NCBI GenBank assembly: GCA_902779765.1 | Contig: CACZCQ010000007.1 | Span: 114,138-178,137, forward strand | DNA: 64,000 nt | Origin: an uncultured Bacteroidia bacterium | Lineage (GTDB): Bacteria > Bacteroidota > Bacteroidia > Bacteroidales > UBA932 | Reading direction: 5' to 3' | Part shown: positions 19,969-29,555 of the stretch, piece by piece | Numbering within the stretch: position 1 is the stretch's first letter | How the letters are laid out: every line of letters starts with the position of its first letter | Translations under genes and position numbers: made by a program | Notes under the pieces: model-generated | Databases searched by the model: none | What the model saw: only the letters and a program-made list of their open reading frames with translations | Told to the model about the DNA's origin: nothing

Positions 19969-22900
19969 CAGAAAGATAAGTTAAGGTTGATAAATGGAAC
20001 AGGAACGGCAAAAACAGAGAGCAGATGACCTTTGGGAGTTGCCCTGAAACCAGTGTCCTGGATACCCGAATCAAAGAAAACCGAATAAGGATTCTTACGT
20101 CCCGTAATATTGTACACCCCTATGTTGATGGTAGTATGCATTCTCGCGACAAGGGAATGTCCAGGGTCTATGTTCACGGCAACGTCCATCCGGAAATAAT
20201 CCGGAATGCGATAGAAATTACGCTCAGAGTATGCCATCCTCCAGACACCATCATAAAGATAAGAACCATAAGGCACGGTTACCGGCCGCCCGGTGGAGTA
20301 GTCAACATTGACAGAAAGACTGTAACGTCTGGTAAAAGCATAATTACCAACCAATTTAGCCTCATGTGGCTTGTCGTAAGGTGCATTGTACCAATTGCCG
20401 TGAGCTATCGTCTCATAACCACGGTCCTGCATCTCCTTGTATTTGGCCCTGGAATATGAATAGGACAGCCATCCAGTAAGCTTTCCGTTAGTTTTCCTGG
20501 CCATCAACTCAATTCCATAAGAGCGAAGGAATACAGGAGCCAGATCCTGATGAATCTTGTCGTTCATGGACAGTGTAGCTCCAGGCTTGTAGTCAAGGTG
20601 GTTATCTGCTTCCTTATAATACGCCTCTGCAGATATTTCAATCCCGGTCGCGAGATGTGTCCAATAAGCACCGCCGGCTCCTTGCCAACCGGTGGTTGGT
20701 TTGATTTTGTCTGAGGATAGTCTCCAGGTATCCATCGGAGATATAGATGAAGTATTGGATATCAAATGGATATTCTGCCTCATAGTGTTAAGCCCACCCT
20801 TGATTGAGAAATTGTCAGCCAAGGAATATTTACCAGACAGACGGAATTCCGGTCCGTAATAATAAGTATTGGATTCTAAGCCATAGAAACCTGTCATCCT
20901 TATACCTCCTTCCAACGAAAACTTGTCGGAAATGTTCCAGGTATCGGATACGAATACCGCCGGTTCCAGACCGTATTCCCTCTTCAATGTATCAGGAATG
21001 ACATTGGAGACAGCTGCATAAGGCCTCATGATTCCAGGGTCCAAGGCATAACCCAAAAGGTGTACTCCGTAATCTATTTTGTGCGACGTCCCGACCGGAC
21101 GGACCCTGTTGGCTTTGATAAACACCTGTCTTATGTATGTACTGAGATCATATGATCCCTGATCCCAGCCATACACAGCAACCATGTTGTTGTACTGGTC
21201 GTATCCGGTGCTGATATCCAGCGACCCGCCTTCTGTATCCTTATGCTTGAATAGCAATGAAGCGTTGTAGCTGGTGTAATTGAATGTTGTGTCACCGCCA
21301 AAAATGAATTTATCCTTGGCATAATAACCGAAAGCCTGGAGGGTATTGTTCTGGTTGAAGCGGTGTGTTATTCCAAAGTTTGCATCCATGAAGTTTGCAG
21401 AACCTCCTGCATAGTCGCTGTTCTGGGGAAGCAGGCCGAGCATCCAATCAGAGTATGAAATGCGTGCTCCTGCCGCTATCGAAGTCTTTCCTCTTTTCAA
21501 AGGACCTTCGAGATGCAGACGGCTTGTCATAGGGCCTATTCCGGCAGATCCTTTCCATCGCAGGAAATCTCCTTCCCTGGAGCGTACATTAAGGACCGAA
21601 GACACCCGGCCCCCATATTCCACCGGGATTGAACTCTTGTAGAGTTCCACATCACTTATTAAATCAGGGTTGAAAGCCGATAGGATCCCAAACATATGTG
21701 TAGGATAGTATATCGTACTTCCATTGAACAAGATAAGATTCTGGTCGGCAGAACCTCCACGGACATTGAATCCGGAAGAGGCTTCCCCGGAACTCTTAAC
21801 TCCGGGAAGAGTCAGGATTGCTTTGAGCACATCCCCTTCTCCAAAGGGCGTTGGGATCTTGTTGAGAGTTTTTACACCAAGCCTTTCTATTCCCAGGGTT
21901 GTGGTGCGGTGGTTTGAGATGTTTTCTGAGGATATGAAAGATTCTTTAAGCATGGTTACTTTCTCTGCCATCATAACATTGAAATAGCCATCTGAAAGCA
22001 GGTTTATCCGGAAAGACAACGGTTCTTTGGCTTCGGCACTGAAATTAAGCACATTCTGACCCTGCGGGAGTTGGATTCTGTAGCGCCCCTTGGAATCTGA
22101 CCGAACGTATGTTGATGTACTGTCGTCGTAAATAACCACTCCGGCAAGAGGTTCATCAGACTCATATTCGATGATAATACCTTTGATTGTTCTCTTCCCT
22201 GGCCTGGAATGGCTTGAAGTGCCAATCGAATATACTTTATTCTTGTAGGATGCGGTAACGGATTCTTCATAAATGACAGACACGGTGTCTTCCTTCTCTA
22301 ACTCAAAATAACCAGTCGGAAGACCTGTTCCTGTTCCGGGAAGGTTGCCAGTTAACACAGGACCTTTAGTAGCCTTCTCGGATGCCGGGTGCCAGGAAAC
22401 AGCCAGTTCGCCCAATGTTGGTTCGCCGGCAGGTTGTTTCAGTCTTTTCTTCAAGCCCTTCTTGCTGATTTTATGTATTTTATTCCCATCAAGAACATAA
22501 AAGGACTCAAGGATCTTGAAATATGAAGATACGGATACGTCGTATTTTGGATCATGGTAACCGATTGGTTTGCCGTTGTGGTTATTTCCGTCGGAATACA
22601 ACAGTTTCCTCACTTTTCGAAGCAACGGGGTTTTGCCATCACGGATAACTTCAAAAATACCATTTGGGGCACCTGGATAGCCCAAGTACCGTAAATTAAT
22701 AAACCTCTGTTCCTCCATGGTGAACCACGCAACCTGGTCGGTGAATACAGCGATAGGGGTAGACTGTTCAGTTATACAGACGAGAAGTTCGTTGCGATAA
22801 GCATCAAAATTGAGGAATATCCCATCATAACGTTTCCCGTTATAGAACACATTTCCTTTGTAAAAACCGTTTCTGGACCAAAAATAAGTTCCGTTGAATT

Positions 22901-23060
22901 TGAAAGGATATGTCTTTGGCAGAGGCCCCCTGAACAAGGAAGCCTCTCCATCTGCGACCTCAAGATTTACAAAGCTTTGTGCATTCGCACCAAGGCATAG
23001 AATCAAGGCCATGTTGACAAGCAGGGCCTTGATGTGACTTTTATTCGTGAACATTACCAA
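19968..23060 (-). CDS. TonB-dependent receptor with carboxypeptidase-like domain and extra N-terminal domain
   Basis: Plug motifs GEGDVLKAILTLPGV, GFNVRGGSADQN; barrel end YRIPDYFRMD, GVYNITGRKN; C-terminal F. Confidence 0.88.
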   Translation of the reverse strand: MVMFTNKSHIKALLVNMALILCLGANAQSFVNLEVADGEASLFRGPLPKTYPFKFNGTYFWSRNGFYKGNVFYNGKRYDGIFLNFDAYRNELLVCITEQSTPIAVFTDQVAWFTMEEQRFINLRYLGYPGAPNGIFEVIRDGKTPLLRKVRKLLYSDGNNHNGKPIGYHDPKYDVSVSSYFKILESFYVLDGNKIHKISKKGLKKRLKQPAGEPTLGELAVSWHPASEKATKGPVLTGNLPGTGTGLPTGYFELEKEDTVSVIYEESVTASYKNKVYSIGTSSHSRPGKRTIKGIIIEYESDEPLAGVVIYDDSTSTYVRSDSKGRYRIQLPQGQNVLNFSAEAKEPLSFRINLLSDGYFNVMMAEKVTMLKESFISSENISNHRTTTLGIERLGVKTLNKIPTPFGEGDVLKAILTLPGVKSSGEASSGFNVRGGSADQNLILFNGSTIYYPTHMFGILSAFNPDLISDVELYKSSIPVEYGGRVSSVLNVRSREGDFLRWKGSAGIGPMTSRLHLEGPLKRGKTSIAAGARISYSDWMLGLLPQNSDYAGGSANFMDANFGITHRFNQNNTLQAFGYYAKDKFIFGGDTTFNYTSYNASLLFKHKDTEGGSLDISTGYDQYNNMVAVYGWDQGSYDLSTYIRQVFIKANRVRPVGTSHKIDYGVHLLGYALDPGIMRPYAAVSNVIPDTLKREYGLEPAVFVSDTWNISDKFSLEGGIRMTGFYGLESNTYYYGPEFRLSGKYSLADNFSIKGGLNTMRQNIHLISNTSSISPMDTWRLSSDKIKPTTGWQGAGGAYWTHLATGIEISAEAYYKEADNHLDYKPGATLSMNDKIHQDLAPVFLRSYGIELMARKTNGKLTGWLSYSYSRAKYKEMQDRGYETIAHGNWYNAPYDKPHEAKLVGNYAFTRRYSLSVNVDYSTGRPVTVPYGSYLYDGVWRMAYSERNFYRIPDYFRMDVAVNIDPGHSLVARMHTTINIGVYNITGRKNPYSVFFDSGIQDTGFRATPKGHLLSVFAVPVPFINLNLSF

Positions 23061-24193
23061 AAATCGGGTTTTTCTTTAGTACCTCCTGCCGCGATGCAGT
23101 CGCATAAATGCATAGGAGCCCAATACATCCCTTTAATTATAGTTCCATAATTACCTTTTGGCAAGGCCATTGTATCAATAGGATGACCGTCAATCTCCGG
23201 TTTTCCCCAAGGATACCGTGGATTGACAACAAGACCTGTCGGATCGAAGACTTCAATAAGATATCTGGAATCCAGGAACGCTCTCAAGGGAGAAGATACC
23301 CTACTGGCTGTCACATATCCGGCAACCATCCTTGCCGGATCAGAATCACAGTAGATGTTACAAGGAACCTCGCCTGGATTCGGACTGAAAAGGCTTTGGT
23401 CTCCTTCGGAAATTTTCTTAAGGTTCTTAAGGAACAAATAAGATTGTTCAGACAGCGTCATCGCCTTCACTTCTATAGAATATTTTTTATGATTACGTTG
23501 ATCTGTCCTTGGAAAAGACTGCAGAGGGTAGTGAATCTTTCCGTCGTTATAGAGATCTGTGTAATCCAGTAAAACCATCGGATGAGACTTGTTTCTCCAG
23601 CACCAATAATTCTCATATTCCACATCCCTGAATATGTAATGTCCATACAGAATAGAAGGATTATAAAGTGGTACATAATAAAATAAACTCTTATACTGTG
23701 CATGAAACTCCCATGTCTCATCAAAATAAACACCTAAATAACCCGTCGCGTCTTTTCCCGTGTCAAATGTCACATCGACATTCACATCATCATAGTCAGT
23801 CGAGAATGACACTTCCTCTATCTCAGGAGGTTCTAACGGTTTCAGCCAATCGCTCACATAGGTTATACCATTCACTTCGGCTTTTATTCGGTATTTCAAG
23901 GAAGGATCGGCATTGTCCATTGGGATTTCCTGATACATGCCAGGAATCGAAGAGGACGATTCATATAAACCGCCCTTTTCATCCTCCACGACCGCGGTCC
24001 CTAGCACTGCGACAAAATCAGTATCCTCAGAAGTGTAAACCTTTGAGAACTTGATAGTTGATGTTCCTCCGACTGCAATATTTCCTTCAATCACCACAAC
24101 CATATCATCAATGCCATCCAAAGATACTTGATATGGATAGACGCAGGATGTCAGGGACACCAATAATGTTATGATCGTAAAAGTTTTTTTCAC
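23054..24193 (-). CDS. DUF4249-family lipoprotein
   Basis: Lipobox LTS-C followed by V-Y-P-Y, VVIEGNI, SLFSPNPGEVPCNI...AGYVTAS. GTG start. Confidence 0.8.
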   Translation of the reverse strand: MKKTFTIITLLVSLTSCVYPYQVSLDGIDDMVVVIEGNIAVGGTSTIKFSKVYTSEDTDFVAVLGTAVVEDEKGGLYESSSSIPGMYQEIPMDNADPSLKYRIKAEVNGITYVSDWLKPLEPPEIEEVSFSTDYDDVNVDVTFDTGKDATGYLGVYFDETWEFHAQYKSLFYYVPLYNPSILYGHYIFRDVEYENYWCWRNKSHPMVLLDYTDLYNDGKIHYPLQSFPRTDQRNHKKYSIEVKAMTLSEQSYLFLKNLKKISEGDQSLFSPNPGEVPCNIYCDSDPARMVAGYVTASRVSSPLRAFLDSRYLIEVFDPTGLVVNPRYPWGKPEIDGHPIDTMALPKGNYGTIIKGMYWAPMHLCDCIAAGGTKEKPDFW

Positions 24194-24319
24194 AATTATA
24201 TAGAACTAAAGTCGTTATTCGAGGACATAATTATAGATCCTACAGTTAACGCCGCCATAAATGTGGTTAGCACTCCAATTAATAACATCTGTATTTAACC
24301 AGAGATTGTCATATTGACC

Positions 24320-24383
24320 ATCGAGCACATCGCCCGTCTCAACCGTGATTTCCTCAAGGCTAAGTTCAGGGATTAGGTTTATT
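24320..24383 (+). repeat. Right 64-bp direct repeat (orphan sdhB 3' end; attR-like)
   Basis: Reads [18 protein letters not shown] versus [18 protein letters not shown] in sdhB; no upstream homology to sdhB. Confidence 0.95.
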
Positions 24384-25567
24384 TACCACAAGAAATTATT
24401 AAAGGGATATCTTCCCGCGTGGATCTCCGCAACCATCTTGTAGATGTCGTTGCGGAGTTTCTCGATATTGGTCTTGTTGATGGCTGACATGAATATGCAC
24501 GGGGTCTTTTCCTGGGCAATCCAGGAATTCTTCAACTCTTCCAGGGTGAGGTTTTCCTTGCCCTTCGGAGTTAGTGAGAATTCATCATATTCCTCATATT
24601 CATAAGCGTCTATCTTGTTGAAAATGACGTAGACAGGCTTGTTGGCAGCACCGATGTCCCGAAGGGTTTTCTCGACAACCTCCATCTGTTCTTCGAAGCC
24701 GGGATGGGAAATGTCAACCACGTGGAGCAGGATGTCCGCTTCGCGTACTTCATCAAGGGTGCTCTTGAAAGCCTCTACGAGTTGGGTGGGCAGCTTCCTT
24801 ATGAATCCGACGGTGTCGCTGAGAAGGAAGGGAACGTTCTCGATGACCACCTTCCTTACGGTAGTATCAAGGGTTGCGAACAACTTGTTTTCAGCGAAGA
24901 CGTCAGATTTGGCCAACAGGTTCATGATGGTGCTCTTGCCTACATTCGTGTAGCCGACAAGGGAAAGCCTTACCATCGATCCCCTGTTACTGCGCTGCGT
25001 GGCCATCTGCCGGTCAACCTTCTTAAGCTGTTCCTTCAGCTTGGAAATCCTTTCCTTGACGATACGGCGGTCGATCTCAATCTGGGTTTCACCCATACCT
25101 CCGCGGGTTCCCATACCGCCCCTCTGCCTCTCGAGGTGGGTCCACATGCCTGCGAGCCGAGGGAGCATATAGTTGTACCTGGCCAGTTCCACCTGCATCT
25201 TGGCGTACGAAGTCTTGGCCCTTTGTGCGAATATTTCAAGTATGAGACTTGTCCTGTCAATTACGGCTCCGCATTTTATGACCTTCTCGATATTCCTCTG
25301 CTGCATACCGGTCAGCTCGTCGTCGAAGATTACATATGCGATTTCGTTTTCCTCGCAGTAATCGGCGATTTCCTGAAGTTTTCCACTCCTGATGTAGGTT
25401 GCCTTCTCTGGCTTGTCGAGGCGCTGGACGAATTTACGGTCTCCTGTCGCTCCGGCCGTCTCGGCCAGGAATTCCAGTTCGTCAAGGTATTCCATTACCT
25501 TGCGCTCGTCATCATTCTGCCGTATTATTCCGACAAATACGGCTTTTTCTATCTTTTCTTCTGTCAT
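24383..25567 (-). CDS. hflX: GTPase HflX
   Basis: GETQIEIDRR, VGYTNVGKST, LFATLDTT, DTVGFI, FNKID. Confidence 0.97.
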   Translation of the reverse strand: MTEEKIEKAVFVGIIRQNDDERKVMEYLDELEFLAETAGATGDRKFVQRLDKPEKATYIRSGKLQEIADYCEENEIAYVIFDDELTGMQQRNIEKVIKCGAVIDRTSLILEIFAQRAKTSYAKMQVELARYNYMLPRLAGMWTHLERQRGGMGTRGGMGETQIEIDRRIVKERISKLKEQLKKVDRQMATQRSNRGSMVRLSLVGYTNVGKSTIMNLLAKSDVFAENKLFATLDTTVRKVVIENVPFLLSDTVGFIRKLPTQLVEAFKSTLDEVREADILLHVVDISHPGFEEQMEVVEKTLRDIGAANKPVYVIFNKIDAYEYEEYDEFSLTPKGKENLTLEELKNSWIAQEKTPCIFMSAINKTNIEKLRNDIYKMVAEIHAGRYPFNNFLW

Positions 25568-25581
25568 ACTTTATCCTTATC

Positions 25582-25612
25582 AAAAAAGGCCATCCGGTTG
25601 GGGACGGCCTTT
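25582..25612 (-). terminator. Intrinsic terminator after tonB
   Basis: On the minus strand AAAGGCCGTCC-CCAACC-GGATGGCC followed by a T-tract. Confidence 0.7.
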
Positions 25613-25630
25613 GAATTCTTCTTTACCGCA

Positions 25631-26320
25631 TTAGCGGAGCTGGAAGATCACAGGGAAGGTATAAGTAACCTTGACCGGCCGGTCACGCTGCTTTCCGGGC
25701 TTCCACTTCGGAGAGCTCTGAACAACGCGGACAGCCTCCTTGTCGAGCGAAGAGTCGACGCCACGAAGAACCTTTACGTTGGTCACGGAACCGTCCTTCT
25801 CCACCGTGAACTGAAGGGTAACACGGCCCTGAACACCATTTTCCTTAGCGATTTCAGGATAGACAAGTTTGGAATTGACCCACTTCGAGAACTCGTTGGC
25901 ATCTCCGCCGTTGAATGACGGCTTCTCCTCTACCAACTGGAAAGGAATAGCCTCTTCTTCCACGACCTCTTCCTTGACTTCTTCAACGTAGTCCATGATT
26001 TCGACACCAAGGTTGGCGTCATCCTCAAGGCTCATGAAGTTGTCTTCAACCTTGATGTCATCCTCGACGATGTCGATCTGGTCTGACAGGACAGGAATCT
26101 GGGGTGCCTCGGGCGGCGGCGGAGGTGTCTCCTGGGTAATAGGAACCATATCCTCTACTTCCACGACCTCAGCTTCGTTGCCGAATACTGCAACAGTCTT
26201 CTCCTTTGTTCCATAGGAGAAAGCTCCCCAGACAAGAAGAAGTGCAGCGGCGAGTCCGATCTCTGTAAAGAGCAGTCTCCTGTTCTCAAGATTGGCTTTT
26301 TCGGTTTTCTTTACTTCCAT
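25631..26320 (-). CDS. tonB: Energy transducer TonB
   Basis: N-terminal TM helix, Pro-rich linker, YPEIA...GVQGRV...GVDSSLDKEAVRVV C-domain. Start MEVKK. Confidence 0.92.
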   Translation of the reverse strand: MEVKKTEKANLENRRLLFTEIGLAAALLLVWGAFSYGTKEKTVAVFGNEAEVVEVEDMVPITQETPPPPPEAPQIPVLSDQIDIVEDDIKVEDNFMSLEDDANLGVEIMDYVEEVKEEVVEEEAIPFQLVEEKPSFNGGDANEFSKWVNSKLVYPEIAKENGVQGRVTLQFTVEKDGSVTNVKVLRGVDSSLDKEAVRVVQSSPKWKPGKQRDRPVKVTYTFPVIFQLR

Positions 26321-26351
26321 ATTCAGTGAATTTAAATCCAATACAGGCTCT

Positions 26352-26409
26352 CAAAGTTATAAATAATAATTTTCATTTCAAATTTTTTGGATTAATAGTT
26401 GTAGATTTG
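26352..26409. promoter_or_regulatory. Divergent -7 elements for tonB and ybeY-mnmG
   Basis: CAAAGTTA at 26352 (TAACTTTG on the minus strand) and TAGATTTG at 26402. Confidence 0.65.
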
Positions 26410-26424
26410 TGGAAACTTTTGGTC

Positions 26425-26844
26425 ATGATCAGGTATTATTGCGAGGATGTAAAGTTTGTTTTCAAGAACAAACAGGCGAACAACCGTTGGCTGAAAATGG
26501 TCGCTGGCAGCGAAATCAAAATCATCGGAGACATTAACATAATATTCTGTTCCGACAACTACATCCTCGATGTGAACATGCGTTACCTTCAGCATGACTA
26601 TTTCACTGACATCATCACTTTCGACTATTGTGAAGGGAACCGACTGTCCGGGGACCTTTTCATAAGTATCGACACGGTCCGAGAGAATGCCTTGGAATAT
26701 GGGGCCGAGTTTGATGAGGAACTCCACAGGGTGATAGTCCACGGACTCCTCCATCTTATCGGTTATGACGACCATACTCCGGAAGAGGAAAAGCAGATCC
26801 ATCAGAAGGAAGACTATTACCTCGGCCTGCGGAATTTTGTTTAG
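26425..26844 (+). CDS. ybeY: rRNA maturation RNase YbeY
   Basis: TDIITF, GDLFIS, HGLLHLIGYDDH. Confidence 0.95.
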   Translation: MIRYYCEDVKFVFKNKQANNRWLKMVAGSEIKIIGDINIIFCSDNYILDVNMRYLQHDYFTDIITFDYCEGNRLSGDLFISIDTVRENALEYGAEFDEELHRVIVHGLLHLIGYDDHTPEEEKQIHQKEDYYLGLRNFV

Positions 26845-26847
26845 AAG

Positions 26848-28710
26848 ATGCTTGGAACTTACGACATAATTGTCGTCGGCGGCGGACATGCCGGCTGCGA
26901 GGCCGCAGTTGCGGCTGCAAACCTGGGATCATCCGTCCTATTGCTGAATGCAGACCTGCTGAGTTTTGCCAGAATGTCCTGCAATCCGGCTGTTGGTGGA
27001 ATAGCTAAAGGTCAGATAGTCAGGGAAATAGATGCTTTGGGCGGTATGATGGGACTGGTTACCGACGCCTGCACTTTGCAGTTTCGGATGCTCAACAGGT
27101 CCAAAGGACCGGCAATGTGGAGCCCCAGGGCGCAGTGTGACAAACAGGCTTTTTCCCGACGCTGGAGAAATATTCTCGAAACTCATTGTAAATTAGATAT
27201 TTACGCGGATTTCGCAACATCTTTCCTCTTTGAGAATTCAAAAATCTGCGGCGTCCGCACGACTACTGGGGCAATTTTCAAGTCTCAAGCGGTTATTTTG
27301 ACCGCCGGAACCTTCCTCGGCGGCAAGCTTTTCATCGGCAGGACGGTTTTTGAAGGAGGAAGGATCGGCGAGCTTCCATCACATGGTCTGACTGAGCAAC
27401 TGGTCAGTCTGGGACTCCGTACCGGAAGGATGAAAACAGGAACACCTCCAAGGATCGACATTTCTTCGGTTGATACCTCAAGACTTCTTCCGCAGCTTGG
27501 AGATCCAGAACCGGAAAGGTTTTCTTATCTGGATATCCCGTCTTCCGTTCAGGGAGATAATCCCCAGATGCCTTGCTTCATCCTTCACACCAATGAGAAA
27601 GTCCACGATATCCTTCGTTCCGGATTCAAGGACTCCCCTCTCTTGAACGGACTGATCACAGGACGTGGCCCAAGGTATTGTCCGAGTATCGAAGACAAAC
27701 TCCGCGTCTTCCCTGACAACGATTCTCACCAGCTTTTCCTGGAACCGGAAGGCCGTGACATCAATGAATATTATCTCCAGGGCTTCTCTTCCTCGCTTTC
27801 ATTGGATACCCAGATCGAGGCGCTCCATTCGATCGAAGGCCTGGAGAATGCCAAGATATTCAAGCCGGCGTATGCAGTCGAGTATGATTATTTCGATCCC
27901 ACCCAGCTAAAGGATACACTTGAACTCAAGGATATCGATAATCTGTACTTCGCCGGCCAGGTGAACGGCACAACCGGTTATGAAGAAGCCGCAGCACAGG
28001 GGCTTATGGCCGGTATCAACGCAGCCTTGAAAGTACAAGAAAAAGATCCTTTCATCCTAAAACGCGACGAATCTTATATAGGAGTCCTCATTGATGACCT
28101 TGTTACCAAGGGAGTAGATGAACCCTATAGGATGTTCACTTCTAGGGCGGAATATCGAATCCTGCTTCGTCAGGATAACGCCGACTTCAGGCTGACCGAA
28201 AAGGCCTACAAAATAGGCCTCGCTTCAGAAAAGCGTTACACAAATATGCTTTTGAAGCGCTCTCAAGCGGCAGAATTAAAAGAAAGGTGTTACAACACCA
28301 AGATGCGGGCCGATGTCGTCAACGACTATTTGGAGTCCTGTGGTTCTACAGTTATTACTGACTCCAAGAAGGTATCCGAGCTTGCTTCACGGCCGGAGAC
28401 CAGTCTATCTGAATTGTTAAAAATTGTTCCACGTGGAACAATTTATCCTAAGGAGGTTGTCGATTCGGTCGAGATCGAGATAAAATATAAGGGCTACATT
28501 GAGCGAGAAAAACTCGCCGCAGAAAAGTTGTCCAGGCTTGAGAATCTGATTATACCTGACGACTTTGATTTTGACAGGGTTTCCGGCCTTTCGATAGAAT
28601 GCCGCCAGAAACTCAAGTCTTACAAGCCCAGAACCATCGCCCAGGCCTCCAGGATATCCGGCGTCTCCCCTTCCGACATCTCCATCCTTCTCGTCTATTT
28701 CGGACGATAG
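26848..28710 (+). CDS. mnmG: tRNA modification enzyme MnmG (GidA)
   Basis: [58 protein letters not shown]. Confidence 0.97.
   Translation: MLGTYDIIVVGGGHAGCEAAVAAANLGSSVLLLNADLLSFARMSCNPAVGGIAKGQIVREIDALGGMMGLVTDACTLQFRMLNRSKGPAMWSPRAQCDKQAFSRRWRNILETHCKLDIYADFATSFLFENSKICGVRTTTGAIFKSQAVILTAGTFLGGKLFIGRTVFEGGRIGELPSHGLTEQLVSLGLRTGRMKTGTPPRIDISSVDTSRLLPQLGDPEPERFSYLDIPSSVQGDNPQMPCFILHTNEKVHDILRSGFKDSPLLNGLITGRGPRYCPSIEDKLRVFPDNDSHQLFLEPEGRDINEYYLQGFSSSLSLDTQIEALHSIEGLENAKIFKPAYAVEYDYFDPTQLKDTLELKDIDNLYFAGQVNGTTGYEEAAAQGLMAGINAALKVQEKDPFILKRDESYIGVLIDDLVTKGVDEPYRMFTSRAEYRILLRQDNADFRLTEKAYKIGLASEKRYTNMLLKRSQAAELKERCYNTKMRADVVNDYLESCGSTVITDSKKVSELASRPETSLSELLKIVPRGTIYPKEVVDSVEIEIKYKGYIEREKLAAEKLSRLENLIIPDDFDFDRVSGLSIECRQKLKSYKPRTIAQASRISGVSPSDISILLVYFGR
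28425..28440. other. parS site inside mnmG
   Basis: TGTTCCACGTGGAACA, a perfect parS-type palindrome extended to 24 bp (28421-28444). Confidence 0.85.
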
Positions 28711-28718
28711 TTTATTCT

Positions 28719-28848
28719 CCGGGGGAAGTACTACCTCTGAAACCTTCCTCGCTTCGCTCGTCACCCTTCCCACTCGCAAAGCGAGCGGGCCCCTCCCTCT
28801 GGCAAGGCCGAGGGCGGCCATGGGTTTCAGAGGTAGTACTTCCCCTGG
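28719..28848. repeat. Cruciform miniature inverted-repeat element (MITE/REP-like)
   Basis: Perfect 23-bp inverted repeats at 28722-28744 and 28823-28845 enclosing two internal hairpins; lies between convergent mnmG and ruvA. Confidence 0.75.
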
Positions 28849-28857
28849 ATGATTAAT

Positions 28858-29448
28858 TTACATCATCTGGAGGGCGGACTTGATGATTTGTTCGACCTTG
28901 GCGTTTGGATTGGCCTTGAGAATGGCGTGGATGGCTTTGTTCACGGCTGGTTTTGCGAATCCGAGCATGATCAGGGCCCTGGAAGCCTCTTCAACGATTT
29001 CGTTGCGGTCAGATCCTCCGAACAGTTCGGTTGCGGCCGAGCCCTCGCCCTTGACTACCTTGTCCTTGAGTTCTATGATCAGACGCTGTGCGCTTTTTAC
29101 TCCGATTCCTTTTATGCTCTTGATCCTGGCCACATCTTCGGACAGGATAGCCTGACGGATCTCTTCAGCCGAAAGGGACGAAAGCATCATCCTGGCTGAA
29201 GCTACACCTATTCCAGAAACACTTATAAGGAGCTCGAAAAGTTCCCTTTCATCCTTCGTGGCGAAACCATAATATTCTTCCATGTCTTCGCGCAGGTAAT
29301 GGAAGATATATGCCGTAGCCTCTTTCTTGTCCTGAAGGGCCTGGTAAGTCTGCAATGAGATGAGTATGCTGTAACCGATACCATTGTTTTCAAGTATCAG
29401 CACGGCAGGGGAGAGCTCCACTATGGTTCCTTTGATGTAGTCTATCAT
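28858..29448 (-). CDS. ruvA: Holliday junction DNA-binding protein RuvA
   Basis: MIDYIKG, GIGYSI, LISVSGIG, IKGIGVKSAQR, LIMLGF. Confidence 0.96.
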   Translation of the reverse strand: MIDYIKGTIVELSPAVLILENNGIGYSILISLQTYQALQDKKEATAYIFHYLREDMEEYYGFATKDERELFELLISVSGIGVASARMMLSSLSAEEIRQAILSEDVARIKSIKGIGVKSAQRLIIELKDKVVKGEGSAATELFGGSDRNEIVEEASRALIMLGFAKPAVNKAIHAILKANPNAKVEQIIKSALQMM

Positions 29449-29467
29449 GATCCGGATGTTTACGAGT

Positions 29468-29532
29468 CAAATTTACAAAATGTTTAACATTTAATAAACT
29501 ATGTGATTTACGGATTTGATTTGTTAAATTTG
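29468..29532. promoter_or_regulatory. Divergent -7 elements for ruvA and sufS with an intervening 15-bp palindrome
   Basis: CAAATTTA at 29468 (minus), TAAATTTG at 29525 (plus), AAATGTT-T-AACATTT at 29478-29492. Confidence 0.6.
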
Positions 29533-29555
29533 TAGGATAAAGGCAGTAGATTCAG

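Larger units (their letters stand above)
18233..24383. mobile_element. Integrase-free genomic islet inserted at the sdhB 3' end
   Basis: Bounded by direct repeats of the last 18 codons of sdhB; three co-oriented cargo genes; AT-richer than sdhA/hflX in hand-counted sample lines; no recombinase gene. Confidence 0.75.

Noticed and set aside
18292-24320. Integrase, transposase or relaxase within or beside the islet
   Set aside because: No ORF with tyrosine/serine recombinase, DDE or HUH motifs; the cargo genes fill the interval.
13402-29448. ruvB and ruvA unlinked and opposed
   Set aside because: Separation of ruvA and ruvB is common in Bacteroidota.
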